Positions 9,656 to 18,903 are shown, numbered from the stretch's first letter. The stretch: 64,000 nucleotides of DNA from an uncultured Candidatus Saccharibacteria bacterium (GCA_964643955.1 CAZXUO010000001.1:171828-235827); one strand, 5' to 3'. Made by a program: numbers and translations. The notes: generated from the sequence alone by a model not told the origin.

Positions 9656-9800
9656 CTACGCGGTTTTTCTAACACGAAAGCTTTAAAAGGCAAACACACG
9701 GAAGTGGATATCTGTCAACGCCATGACAGATATTTTTTGTTCCTGTATGATAGGCAACGAGACAGATTACGAGCCTTTGCGAGGTATTCTTACGACTTAT

Positions 9801-11030
9801 ATGGAACAGGTAAAATCAGAAGTTGAATCATTCGCACGCATCCGCGTGGTTGGTGTCGGCGGTTCTGGTAACAATGCCGTCAATCACATGATCGCAACAA
9901 AAGTGAGCGGCGTTGAATACATCGCGGTCAACAGCGATGCGCAAGATCTCCACCACTCGCTCGCAAAAAAGAAAATCCATATCGGAAAAAATCTTACCCG
10001 CGGACTTGGTGCTGGCGGCAATCCCGATATGGGACGACGCGCTGCAGATGAGACGCGTGAAGAAATCGCAAACGCGCTCAAAGGTTCTGACATGATTTTC
10101 ATTACCTGCGGCATGGGCGGCGGTACCGGTACTGGTGCAGCTCCTGTTGTTGCAAAGATTGCGCGCGACAGCGGCGCACTCACCGTCGGAGTCGTGACTA
10201 AACCATTCTCCTTTGAAGGACAAGAGCGTATGCGCCTCGCGCTCGCCGGCATCGAACAGCTCAAAGCTGAAGTAGATGCACTCATCACCGTTCCAAACGA
10301 TCGCCTCCTTGCCATCGTCGACAAACAAACGACCGTCCAGAGCGCATTTGCAATGTGTGACGATGTCTTGAAGCAAGCCGTCCAGGGTATCTCTGACCTC
10401 ATCACGATGCCTGGTATCATCAACGTCGACTTTGCCGACATCCGCTCTGTCATGGAAAACGCCGGCTCAGCACTCATGGGCGTCGGTGTTTCCGCAGGCG
10501 ACAAGCGCGCAGAAGAAGCTGCACAAGCTGCGATCAACTCCCCACTTCTTGAAGTATCAATCACTGGCGCAAAGGGCGTACTCTTTGCAATCGCCGGCAA
10601 CGACGACCTCGGCATGCTCGAAATCCAAGACGCTGCCCGCACTATTACTGAGTCGATCGATCCACACGCGAAAGTTATCTTCGGTGCTGTTCGTGACGAA
10701 AAACTCAAGAAAAACGAAGTTAAAGTCACCGTTATTGCAACCGGTTTCCCTGAAGTGGGACCACGCGGCGCGCATCACTCAGTCGTCTCTGCTCCGCACA
10801 TCGAAGAGTCGCCGATCGCTGAAGACGAGCCGGTCCGCGGTCGTATCTTCAATTCCCTTTCACTCCCTCGAAAAGAAGTCCGCGAGCCTGTTGAAGAGCC
10901 TGTCGTAGAAGACAAGCGCCCTCCAGCACCTGCTCCGCAGACCGATTCACGTCCCGTCGATGAGGATGAAGACGATGATGACGACTGGGGCGCCGTTCCT
11001 GCGTTCTTGCGACGATCAAAACTCAAGTAG
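9801..11030 (+). CDS. ftsZ: Cell division GTPase FtsZ
   Basis: [12 protein letters not shown] and [13 protein letters not shown] (tubulin signature) with an acidic C-terminal tail. The upstream ATG at 9723 is an alternative start. Confidence 0.9.
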   Translation: MEQVKSEVESFARIRVVGVGGSGNNAVNHMIATKVSGVEYIAVNSDAQDLHHSLAKKKIHIGKNLTRGLGAGGNPDMGRRAADETREEIANALKGSDMIFITCGMGGGTGTGAAPVVAKIARDSGALTVGVVTKPFSFEGQERMRLALAGIEQLKAEVDALITVPNDRLLAIVDKQTTVQSAFAMCDDVLKQAVQGISDLITMPGIINVDFADIRSVMENAGSALMGVGVSAGDKRAEEAAQAAINSPLLEVSITGAKGVLFAIAGNDDLGMLEIQDAARTITESIDPHAKVIFGAVRDEKLKKNEVKVTVIATGFPEVGPRGAHHSVVSAPHIEESPIAEDEPVRGRIFNSLSLPRKEVREPVEEPVVEDKRPPAPAPQTDSRPVDEDEDDDDDWGAVPAFLRRSKLK

Positions 11031-11133
11031 CATTTCCTGATACGCGTCACTCCTTTTCGTGATTATTCACGAAGTATTTCTTTGATGTGGTATTCTGTAC
11101 GCACATCTTTGTTTTATTTATCGACCTTAATAC

Positions 11134-12066
11134 ATGACTGATATGTTGGATCTTATTATCATCGGCGGTGGTCCTGGTGGCGTTGCAGCAGGCGTATACG
11201 CATCGCGCAAGCAGCTCCAGACCGAATTTATTACGAAAGATTGGGGCGGTCAGAGTACCGTCTCAACCGATATCCAAAACTGGATCGGTACGATCTCAAT
11301 AAGCGGCGATGATTTTGCGAAATCACTGAAAGCGCATCTCGAGGCGTACGCAGGAGAATTTGTAAAAATTACTGAAGGCGTCCTCGCAACTAAAGTCGAA
11401 AAGGCCGCAGACGGTTTTACAGTCACGCTCGACAACGGCCAGACGCGCTCTGCGAAGACCGTCCTCATCACGACTGGCTCAGAGCGTCGCAAGCTCACCG
11501 TCCCGGGCGCGGCAGAATTTGATAACAAAGGTCTCACATATTGCGCATCATGTGACGGCCCACTCTTCTCTGGTATGGATGTCGCTGTGATTGGTGGCGG
11601 CAACGCAGGCTTTGAGACCGCCGCACAGCTCCTCGCATACACCAAGAGCGTCACACTCCTCAATCGCGGCGATGCATTTAAGGCAGATCCTTCGACCGTC
11701 GAGAAAGTTCTCTCGCATCCCAACATGAAAGCACTCATGAATGCAGAGCCAACGGCGATTATCGGAGACAAATTTGTATCAACACTCAAATATAAAGATG
11801 CGAGCACAAACGAAGAGAAAGAGCTCGCTGTAAACGGCATCTTCGTTGAGATTGGTCTCGTACCAAACACTGACTTTGTAAAAGACATTGTCAAAGTCGA
11901 TCAGTACGGCCGTATCGAAATTGATCCGTGGACGCAGCAGACGTCAGTACCCGGCATCTGGGCTGCGGGCGACTGTACCAATATCAAGTACCACCAAAAC
12001 AACATCTCTGCAGGAGATTCGGTGAAGGCACTTGAAGACATTTACGTTCATCTCCACGCAAAATAA
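11134..12066 (+). CDS. trxB: Thioredoxin-disulfide reductase-like flavoprotein
   Basis: FAD site GGGPGG, a CASC redox motif (canonical is CATC), NADPH site VIGGGNAG, and GDCT. Confidence 0.75.
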   Translation: MTDMLDLIIIGGGPGGVAAGVYASRKQLQTEFITKDWGGQSTVSTDIQNWIGTISISGDDFAKSLKAHLEAYAGEFVKITEGVLATKVEKAADGFTVTLDNGQTRSAKTVLITTGSERRKLTVPGAAEFDNKGLTYCASCDGPLFSGMDVAVIGGGNAGFETAAQLLAYTKSVTLLNRGDAFKADPSTVEKVLSHPNMKALMNAEPTAIIGDKFVSTLKYKDASTNEEKELAVNGIFVEIGLVPNTDFVKDIVKVDQYGRIEIDPWTQQTSVPGIWAAGDCTNIKYHQNNISAGDSVKALEDIYVHLHAK

Positions 12067-12087
12067 TTTATTGCACAGGGTACACAT

Positions 12088-12118
12088 AAAACCGCTCAAT
12101 TGAGCGGTTTTATGTGTA
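12088..12118 (+). terminator. Rho-independent terminator (aaaaccgctcaattgagcggtttt)
   Basis: Perfect hairpin followed by a T-run, located after trxB. Confidence 0.7.
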
Positions 12119-12205
12119 TAACTATGGGGATAACACTGTGGAAAACCACGGGATATTTCTGTGAATTATCGAAAAATATGATGCTTTTCAACCCTGCTAT
12201 ACTTT

Positions 12206-13015
12206 GTGTACATGAAAATTATCTCGCTTAATACGTGGGGTGGCAGGGGCGGAAAAGAAGGACTCCTCGACTTCTTTAAACATCATCGAGAAGATACTGA
12301 CGTATTTTGTCTGCAAGAAATATGGTCCGCTCCATATAAAGATCATGAGGGTCAGTATGCTGGCGGACGACCGATTGAGCATGCTGAGATACTCATAAAT
12401 GGTGTTCGTGATATTTCAGAAATTCTTTCCGATCACACACCTTTCTTTCACCCTCACTACCTCGACAACTACGGCCTTATGATGCTCGTCAAAAAGGAAT
12501 ACACGATTCGCGAGAGCGGTGACGTATTTGTGTACCACGAGCGCGGCTATATTCCCACGGGAGACGTCGGCAATCATGCGCGCAACATCCAGTATGCCAC
12601 CTGCACCGTGGATGGAAATGACATCACGTTCATCAATTTTCATGGTCTGTGGACCGACAAAGAAGAGGGTCGCGGGAAGCAAGACATTCCCGAGCGTATC
12701 AAACAATCTGAGAACATTCTCGCTTTTACTCGTACACTCAAAAATCCTTTCATACTCTGTGGTGACTTTAATCTCCTTCCGACCACCGAAAGCATCAAAA
12801 AAATTGAAGAAGCGGGTCTAAGAAATCTCATTAAGGAATACAACGTAAGCTCAACGCGCACGAGCCATTACACTAAGCCAGAAAAATTTGCAGACTACGC
12901 ATTTGTTTCTCATGGACTCACCGTCAACGATTTCAAGGTCTTGCCGGATGTTGTCTCAGATCACTCACCGCTCTTCATAGACATCGAATTTCCCAAAGCA
13001 ACTTCCCTTGCGTGA
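12206..13015 (+). CDS. Endonuclease/exonuclease/phosphatase (EEP) family protein
   Basis: Motifs ISLNTWGG, FCLQEI, CGDFN and SDHSPL. Confidence 0.6.
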   Translation: MYMKIISLNTWGGRGGKEGLLDFFKHHREDTDVFCLQEIWSAPYKDHEGQYAGGRPIEHAEILINGVRDISEILSDHTPFFHPHYLDNYGLMMLVKKEYTIRESGDVFVYHERGYIPTGDVGNHARNIQYATCTVDGNDITFINFHGLWTDKEEGRGKQDIPERIKQSENILAFTRTLKNPFILCGDFNLLPTTESIKKIEEAGLRNLIKEYNVSSTRTSHYTKPEKFADYAFVSHGLTVNDFKVLPDVVSDHSPLFIDIEFPKATSLA

Positions 13016-13027
13016 TAGAATCGCAGC

Positions 13028-13831
13028 ATGGCATATATTTTCTTTATTCTCCTTTTCGCGCTTTCATATGCGACAGCAACGCCCGGAGATGCGCCATACG
13101 AAGCACCTCGAGAGGAATCCCGAGAGACCGCTTCACAATCTCACCAAGAAGTATCCGTTAACCCAGTTCGTGAAGAACGTGAGGAGGCACCAGTCCCCAC
13201 TGGAGAGGTGTACGCGGTCATCCGCGCAATCGACGGCGACACCATCGAAGTACTCATCAACGGCGAGAAAAAGACGATTCGGTACATTGGCATCAACACA
13301 CCCGAGACCGTACATCCTTCAAAGCCTGCGGAATGTTTTGGAAAAGAAGCATCTGATAGAAATAAGGCGCTCGTTGAAGGGAAAGCTGTCAGACTTGAAA
13401 AAGATGTAAGCGAAACCGACAAGTACGGCCGGCTTTTGCGGTACGTGTATGTCGGCGACATGATGATAAATGAAGCGCTCGTTGAAGGAGGATACGCATT
13501 TGTCTCTACCTATCCACCAGATGTCGCACACACCGAAACATTTCGTGCAGCTGAAGTACGTGCGCGAGAAGCAGCACGCGGGCTATGGGGTGATACTTGT
13601 ATAGACACAACAACATCGAGCGCGCCGGTAAGCGCGCCCGCTTCAGAAGCAACACCTTCTGGTCAATGTACGATCAAAGGAAATATCAATGCCGAAGATG
13701 AAAAAATCTACCACGTCATCGGATGCCAGTCATACACAAAAACAGTGATCGACGAGAGTACCGGAGAGCAATGGTTTTGTACTGAAAAAGAAGCACTCGA
13801 CGCCGGTTGGCGCAAAGCACTTAATTGTTGA
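13028..13831 (+). CDS. Secreted thermonuclease (SNase-like) with a Cys-containing C-terminal domain
   Basis: Signal peptide. SNase core: IDGDTIEV...RYIGINTPE...YGRLLRYV. The C-terminus reads CTIKGNIN...IYHVIGCQSY...FCTEKEA..AGWR. Confidence 0.7.
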   Translation: MAYIFFILLFALSYATATPGDAPYEAPREESRETASQSHQEVSVNPVREEREEAPVPTGEVYAVIRAIDGDTIEVLINGEKKTIRYIGINTPETVHPSKPAECFGKEASDRNKALVEGKAVRLEKDVSETDKYGRLLRYVYVGDMMINEALVEGGYAFVSTYPPDVAHTETFRAAEVRAREAARGLWGDTCIDTTTSSAPVSAPASEATPSGQCTIKGNINAEDEKIYHVIGCQSYTKTVIDESTGEQWFCTEKEALDAGWRKALNC

Positions 13832-14218
13832 TTGACAAGATATAGGCGCTACTCTAATCTACTCCTGTTCTTTACGTTTATCAAAGAGGAGGCCAGTGTG
13901 ACCAAACACCATCCCTTCCATGAATCTCTCGTCATGGGAATTCACAACCTGAGACAGGAGCTGCCTCGCGATGTCGAGGAAGCACGCGTCTACAAGAAGC
14001 TTCTGGGGTGCACCGCGATTCCGCCTGAACAATTTCGCGTCGTTCGCACTGCACTGGACGACAAGATCAGGGAGCTCAACACCGACGGTGGATCGTTCGC
14101 AACATCAATGCGGATCGAGTTGGTCGGTGCTCGGGACGCGCTCGAGCTACAGATCGGAGAACACAGAATTCGCTACTCCGCTAGCGATCTTTCATGGAAG
14201 GGTCGTGCTGTATCCTAA
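13832..14218 (+). CDS. Hypothetical protein
   Basis: ORF only. A GTG near 13898 preceded by AAGAGGAGG is an alternative start. A hairpin follows the stop. Confidence 0.3.
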   Translation: MTRYRRYSNLLLFFTFIKEEASVTKHHPFHESLVMGIHNLRQELPRDVEEARVYKKLLGCTAIPPEQFRVVRTALDDKIRELNTDGGSFATSMRIELVGARDALELQIGEHRIRYSASDLSWKGRAVS

Positions 14219-14276
14219 GCTTTTCATTTGATGAACGCAGGCCGTCTCGGAACCACTTTTCCGGGGCGGCCTTTGC

Positions 14277-14996
14277 TTATTCACCTCTCATTTCTTCCAT
14301 CTCCAAAATCTCGTGGATTGAACTATTGCGATGAATGATCTCATCATTTCGTACCATACAGAAAAACTCATACTGATTGCGCGGATAGCGACCATACCAT
14401 TCAAGAAACTCACTACTCACCCGTCGATCCTTTAATTTTTCTTCATGCAACTTGAGAAACTCGCTGTATGAATCAAAGGCATGCTGTTCAAAGATATAAT
14501 TAAGCTCAAACGAATAGCGCGGATTGATGAAGTAAAGGATATACGACCACCAGAAATAAAAGAATGCGAAGAGGAGCGGGATGAAAGTGTGTCGAATGAA
14601 GCCTGCCTTCCCTGCTTCTTTCGCAAGATGCGAGATCACGACGACGTGCATGGTCTCATTGTCTTTTGCAAGTCGTGCAAATCGAGAAAGGTTTGAGAGA
14701 TCAATCGCTTTCTCTTCTTTTGTATAGAAAAACGTAAGGAGCGTAAACATCGCCGACTCCCATGAGTGATATGGGACACGCGCGATCACCTCAATAGCGC
14801 GGAATTTCAGATACGTGGGCGCGTGTCCATACACCACATTCCCTGCAGATACCAAAAACTTCCCGAGCATTCGAGGAACAAACGAAATGTGGTAATTGTC
14901 GTATGGCTCTTTGTATGCACGAAGCGCCTCATCGTCACAGAGCGCAGCCGCAAGCTCTTCAAACGCATCCTGATCTCGTCGATGTTCCATACGCAA
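14277..14996 (-). CDS. Alternative-oxidase-like di-iron carboxylate protein (AOX/PTOX family)
   Basis: Four AOX-like motifs appear in order: AIEVIARVP (compare LETVAGVP), DNETMHVV (compare NERMHL), FEQHAFDSY (compare LEEEA.HSY) and RNDEIIHRN (compare RADEAHHRD). Together they give the 2x(E...ExxH) iron ligand pattern. Confidence 0.55.
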   Translation of the reverse strand: MRMEHRRDQDAFEELAAALCDDEALRAYKEPYDNYHISFVPRMLGKFLVSAGNVVYGHAPTYLKFRAIEVIARVPYHSWESAMFTLLTFFYTKEEKAIDLSNLSRFARLAKDNETMHVVVISHLAKEAGKAGFIRHTFIPLLFAFFYFWWSYILYFINPRYSFELNYIFEQHAFDSYSEFLKLHEEKLKDRRVSSEFLEWYGRYPRNQYEFFCMVRNDEIIHRNSSIHEILEMEEMRGE

Positions 14997-15002
14997 AAGA
15001 GA

Positions 15003-15443
15003 CTACGCAGCAGATACTGCGCCACGAGCAGCGTGTACTTTACGCAAATAGATGTGCCCCAAATACGTACCAATAATAAAGACTGGAAGTCCGACGACAC
15101 TAAAGAGATAGTGGTGGCCGATCATGAGATTGTTCATGATGCCAAGGAGCGACAAAATAATACCTACCACAAACGAAAGTCGGTACGCGTGCTCTCGCGC
15201 AAGATATGTGGTTACGCATCCCGCTTTAAATGACCCAAACGCCCATCCCAAAAGAACGAGGATGTACGCAGTCCACGGGAGTGAATTGGTAAACGCCACC
15301 ACTGCATCTCGATCCATCACGTCGAGTCCTTCGGGAATTGGATATAGAAATGAATTTGCGTACTCAAAAACCATCATCACGATAAACGCTGTCAAAAGCC
15401 CGGCTACCACCGGCCACACCTTCCCCGTAAGAAAATTTCTCAT
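15003..15443 (-). CDS. Hypothetical multi-pass membrane protein, co-oriented with the AOX-like gene and ending 7 bp upstream of it
   Basis: Four predicted TM helices. No family recognised. Confidence 0.4.
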   Translation of the reverse strand: MRNFLTGKVWPVVAGLLTAFIVMMVFEYANSFLYPIPEGLDVMDRDAVVAFTNSLPWTAYILVLLGWAFGSFKAGCVTTYLAREHAYRLSFVVGIILSLLGIMNNLMIGHHYLFSVVGLPVFIIGTYLGHIYLRKVHAARGAVSAA

Positions 15444-15479
15444 AGCTTTATGATAGCACTTCAAAAGGATACTTTTACC

Positions 15480-15845
15480 TTAAAATTCTGTATATTTTGC
15501 GTTACTACCTTTTGCTTTCTCAATAGGATATTTCTTAGCACTTTTTTCAAGCTTCTTTTCAAATGACTGTGGGAGATTGATCTCCAAATCATGAGCCATA
15601 AGCAATACCCAGTACAAAACATCAGCAAGTTCATCGGCGATATCCTCTCGATGTGTACCAATATGTGCCTGCATCTCCACTTCGGACTTAAACAAAAAGT
15701 GCTCCATAACCTCGGCAGCTTCGAGAGCTAAACCTATAGAAGAGTCTTTTGGGTTATGAAATTTTTTCCAGTCTCTTTCCTCTCTAAACTTCAAAACCAT
15801 CTGTAATAAATCATCGAGTGTTTTGTGTTCTTTTGGTGTACCCAT
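15480..15845 (-). CDS. MazG-like nucleotide pyrophosphohydrolase
   Basis: EAAEVMEHF...EDIADELADVLYWVL motifs. Confidence 0.7.
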   Translation of the reverse strand: MGTPKEHKTLDDLLQMVLKFREERDWKKFHNPKDSSIGLALEAAEVMEHFLFKSEVEMQAHIGTHREDIADELADVLYWVLLMAHDLEINLPQSFEKKLEKSAKKYPIEKAKGSNAKYTEF

Positions 15846-15859
15846 ATCTTATTTTTATG

Positions 15860-15946
15860 CGGAGGAGGAGGGATTTGAACCCTCGATACGGTTTCCCGTA
15901 TGCCGGTTTTCGAAACCGGTGCCTTCAACCACTCAGCCACTCCTCC
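15860..15946 (-). tRNA. tRNA-Ser (anticodon CGA) with a long variable arm
   Basis: Acceptor GGAGGAG/CTCCTCC. D-arm GCTGAGTGGTTGAAGGC. Anticodon loop TTCGAAA. T-loop TTCAAAT. Confidence 0.8.
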
Positions 15947-16023
15947 CTTGGTTTGTAGACCCTAATAACCTAGCATTTTTGCGACTTTTTCGGTAGTATA
16001 GCAAGGTCCGAAAGGACTGTTTT

Positions 16024-16095
16024 GGCCCTATCGTCTAACGGTTAGGACGGAGGCTTTTCAAGCCTTAAATCGGGGTTCGATTCCCCGTAGGGTCA
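16024..16095 (+). tRNA. tRNA-Glu (anticodon TTC)
   Basis: D-loop TCGTCTAACGG (typical of Glu). Anticodon loop TTTTCAA. T-arm GGGGTTCGATTCCCC. Confidence 0.85.
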
Positions 16096-16106
16096 TGGGT
16101 TTAGGA

Positions 16107-16146
16107 AAATAGCTCTCAAACGTTTTGTTTGGGAGCTATTTTCGTA
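16107..16146 (+). terminator. Hairpin terminator after tRNA-Glu (aaaatagctc...gagctatttt)
   Basis: 10-bp outer stem with an inner caaac/gtttg stem, followed by a T-run. Confidence 0.55.
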
Positions 16147-16240
16147 GACCCAACTATGATGCCTGGGAGGCAAATCGAACGGCCGGAGGAGACTTGCTTT
16201 CCGAGGCGGGCTCGCGACCGAGCGAAGCGAGAGTTGTGAG

Positions 16241-16259
16241 TCGATTCCCCGTAGGGTCA
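16241..16259 (+). repeat. Perfect 19-bp direct repeat of the tRNA-Glu 3' end (tcgattccccgtagggtca; original at 16077-16095)
   Basis: Exact match. No cloverleaf can be folded around the copy. Confidence 0.8.
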
Positions 16260-16265
16260 CATGAG

Positions 16266-16300
16266 ACAAACAGACACTCCCTGCGGAGTGTCTGTTTGCG
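16266..16300 (+). terminator. Strong terminator hairpin (acaaacagacactcc ctgc ggagtgtctgtttg)
   Basis: 14-bp perfect stem. Confidence 0.7.
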
Positions 16301-16425
16301 TATGTGAAGGCGGAGCCATGTCGCTTCGCGACAGGCGAGCCGAGATCGACAAGTACTTAGTTAAAATCTGCCGGAGGACTGATTTTACTTAGTAACTTGT
16401 GACCACAAGGACAGCTGGAGAAAGC

Positions 16426-16443
16426 TTTTGTTATAATCAATCC
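16426..16443 (+). promoter_or_regulatory. Extended -10 promoter (TGtTATAAT) directly abutting the ATG at 16444, implying a leaderless transcript
   Basis: TATAAT at 16432-16437 with TGn immediately upstream. There are 6 nt between the -10 element and the start codon. Confidence 0.45.
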
Positions 16444-16974
16444 ATGAACTTTGAAAACCCCTCGGAAAGCATCCGTTTCCCAAAAATTGCACAGGAGCTA
16501 CAAGAGATGGTGACTGTTGATCAAGACATGCGCAAGCGCAGTCTTACTGAAGACTACTGGGACGAAACTGTTGATGCGAGGAACACCGAGCGGATGAAAG
16601 AAATAATCGCAGAGATTGGGTGGCCAACAGCATCAAAAGTCGGACCGCAAGGAGTAAGTGATGCATGGCTCTTAGTGCAGCACGCTGACCATGATGTCGA
16701 TTTTCAGGAACGATGTTTAGAATTGATGAAAAAAGCACCTGCGGGTGAGATCGATATGATTGATGTTGCCTACCTGACAGACCGAATACGTGTAAATCAA
16801 GGCAAAGGACAATTATACGGTACGCAATTCACGCAGGAAGACGGAAAGCACATCCCGCGGACAATCGAAGATGAAGCAAACATAGACGCGCGAAGGGCTG
16901 AAATGGGGATGGGTCCTTTATCGGAACAAGTACAGCTCATGTACGATCGGTACCCATTTGAGAAAGAGGTATGA
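16444..16974 (+). CDS. Hypothetical protein (176 aa)
   Basis: ORF with a leaderless-type start. The upstream ATG at 16399 is an alternative. No family recognised. Confidence 0.4.
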   Translation: MNFENPSESIRFPKIAQELQEMVTVDQDMRKRSLTEDYWDETVDARNTERMKEIIAEIGWPTASKVGPQGVSDAWLLVQHADHDVDFQERCLELMKKAPAGEIDMIDVAYLTDRIRVNQGKGQLYGTQFTQEDGKHIPRTIEDEANIDARRAEMGMGPLSEQVQLMYDRYPFEKEV

Positions 16975-17031
16975 TCCGTCGCTACGTGAGCCGCGAAACC
17001 AAATGGGCGTCTCCGTAGTTTCTATCGGTGT

Positions 17032-17586
17032 ATGCTAAAAAATAACTTTGTTCGAATCGCCATCGGAACGGTGCTTTTATTACTTATTCCCCTCGTACTC
17101 ACTCTCACCGGCAGCGGTGTAGACGGGATCGGCTGGCACTGGACCCTCATGGACTTTGTTTTTATGTTCGTGCTCATTTTCGGCACCGGATCGCTCTTTG
17201 AGCTTGCACGGACGCACTACACGGGAAACAGCACCTACACCATCGCCGCCGGCCTCGCGCTCGCAGACACCTTCCTACTCGTGTGGATCAATGCCGCAGT
17301 CGGCATCATTGGTGACAGTGACATTAATGCTCTCTATTGGCTTGTCGTAATTACGCTTTTTCTCGGAGGCGCTGCATCGCGCTTCAAGCCACAAGGCCTC
17401 TCCCTAACCCTCTTCGCTGCAGCGGGGGTACAAATGCTCATTCCCGTCATCGCATTCATCATCAACCAACCCGATTTCTCACCGGGAGTTGTACACGTAT
17501 TCATGATCAATGCGACCTTTGCTGCAGTCTTCATTGCGTCAGGACTTCTCTTTCGAGCACGTGCACAGGCACCGAAGATCGCATAG
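17032..17586 (+). CDS. Hypothetical integral membrane protein
   Basis: 5-6 hydrophobic helices. Confidence 0.4.
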   Translation: MLKNNFVRIAIGTVLLLLIPLVLTLTGSGVDGIGWHWTLMDFVFMFVLIFGTGSLFELARTHYTGNSTYTIAAGLALADTFLLVWINAAVGIIGDSDINALYWLVVITLFLGGAASRFKPQGLSLTLFAAAGVQMLIPVIAFIINQPDFSPGVVHVFMINATFAAVFIASGLLFRARAQAPKIA

Positions 17587-17631
17587 CAAATAGAATGTCG
17601 GCTCCACACCGATGCGCTACACTAGGGAGGT

Positions 17632-18135
17632 ATGGGAAAAATCATCGTTGTCCGCGACAGCATCCAAAAGGGATATCAGTACGAGCTTGCGGAGCCTATA
17701 GGAAAGCATTTTGATCCCAGCTTCAAGCCACAGCTTACTCCGAAAGAAATGCTCAAACTCGGTGTCTTCGATGGCCTCTACCTCAACGACTGCACCGACG
17801 AGTTTCCTGAAGACTGGTTTACCCACGCAAAACTTGCTGACGGAAAACCAGATCCCTCGCTCAACTATTTCGGCATCCACGCATCCCAACCGCTTTCCGT
17901 ATGGCAGAAAAATGGATGGATTCATCGCGATGATCCCCGCGGGTGGTTTCAGTGGTATTGCCGATATTATCTAGGGCGAAGACACAGCGATGATGAGCGA
18001 CAAATAAAACGCTGGCGCGCAATCCATCGCCACATCGCACAGATCATCAACAACTGCATGAAAGCGGATCTCACCTGTCGACCGCGCCAGCGACAAGCGG
18101 TCTTGCACTGGGCGTACGATAGTCGGAAGTTCTAG
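17632..18135 (+). CDS. Conserved hypothetical protein containing a GWFQWYCRYYLGRR motif
   Basis: ORF with a Trp/Tyr-rich conserved-looking block. Family not recognised with confidence. Confidence 0.4.
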   Translation: MGKIIVVRDSIQKGYQYELAEPIGKHFDPSFKPQLTPKEMLKLGVFDGLYLNDCTDEFPEDWFTHAKLADGKPDPSLNYFGIHASQPLSVWQKNGWIHRDDPRGWFQWYCRYYLGRRHSDDERQIKRWRAIHRHIAQIINNCMKADLTCRPRQRQAVLHWAYDSRKF

Positions 18136-18185
18136 CTCCACAGCCTCCCCTTTTATCACGCGCGTGAGTGATATGATGTACGCAT

Positions 18186-18845
18186 ATGCCAATAGCAGCA
18201 GATGAACAAAAAAACGTAGCGACGAGTAGCACACCAAATGGTGCGCCCATGAAAAGTATATTATTCGGTGTAATAGGTGTCCTCATCCTCGCAGGTATTG
18301 CGTTCTATTTTACAAGCATGAAAAATGACGGATCACCACTCATGCCAGGTGGCGGCTCCGAGGTCGTAGACGAAAATCAGAATGATCACATCATACTCGG
18401 ACAAACATTTGAAGGTCCCGTCGCGACAGTTGCGAAAGCCGAATTTCCCCGACCCGGCTTCGTCGTCATTTATCGACTCGACAATGACGGCGTCATCTAC
18501 CTCTCAGGCCGCTCGGACCTCCTCGATGTAGGTACTCACCAAAACATCATCATCCCGCTCAACCAGCCACTCACTGACGGCGAGTCAGTCGGCGCAGTAC
18601 CACACCTTGACGATGGTAATAGTGAATTTGAATTTCCCGGCAATGATCGTCCCGCTGCGATCGATGGCGCTGATATCTATGACATCAGTATCGTGAATGC
18701 CGCAGACGACATGGGCGATATGACCTTTGCGATGACACTCGAAGCATTCCTCGCTACCGGCGCACCGATCGATACCTCAATACAAGAAAATATGACCGCA
18801 GAAGAAGGAACTGAAGTCGACATGAGTAATGACATGATTGAGTAA
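18186..18845 (+). CDS. Hypothetical membrane-anchored acidic protein
   Basis: An N-terminal TM segment (MKSILFGVIGVLILAGIAF) and an Asp-rich C-terminus. The start may be the Met at 18249. Confidence 0.4.
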   Translation: MPIAADEQKNVATSSTPNGAPMKSILFGVIGVLILAGIAFYFTSMKNDGSPLMPGGGSEVVDENQNDHIILGQTFEGPVATVAKAEFPRPGFVVIYRLDNDGVIYLSGRSDLLDVGTHQNIIIPLNQPLTDGESVGAVPHLDDGNSEFEFPGNDRPAAIDGADIYDISIVNAADDMGDMTFAMTLEAFLATGAPIDTSIQENMTAEEGTEVDMSNDMIE

Positions 18846-18851
18846 TACTGA

Positions 18852-18890
18852 ATACAAAAAGAAAAAGCGCCGGCCTCTGGCCGGCGCTTT
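18852..18890. terminator. Bidirectional terminator (aaaaagcgccggcc tctg gccggcgcttttt)
   Basis: Perfect 11-bp stem located between convergent genes. Confidence 0.8.
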
Positions 18891-18903
18891 TTCTTTCCCC
18901 TCT

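Noticed and set aside
9723-9800. Upstream ATG at 9723 as the FtsZ start
   Set aside because: The [26 protein letters not shown] extension has no counterpart in FtsZ proteins. The conserved N-terminus begins at 9801. It is kept only as an alternative.
9884-10729. Long antisense ORFs inside ftsZ. Similar cases are 35776-36567 in the TasA-like gene, 45648-46295 and 46308-46793 in valS, 53928-54497 in murJ, and 54352-55383 spanning the junction between murJ and the O-antigen-ligase-like gene.
   Set aside because: These are shadow ORFs opposite well-supported genes. They have no motifs and no independent signals.
16096-16262. Possibility that the tRNA-Glu downstream copy is a second tRNA, or a tRNA with an intron
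   Set aside because: No D-arm, anticodon arm or acceptor 5' strand can be formed around the repeated 3' end. Only the T-arm and acceptor 3' half is duplicated.
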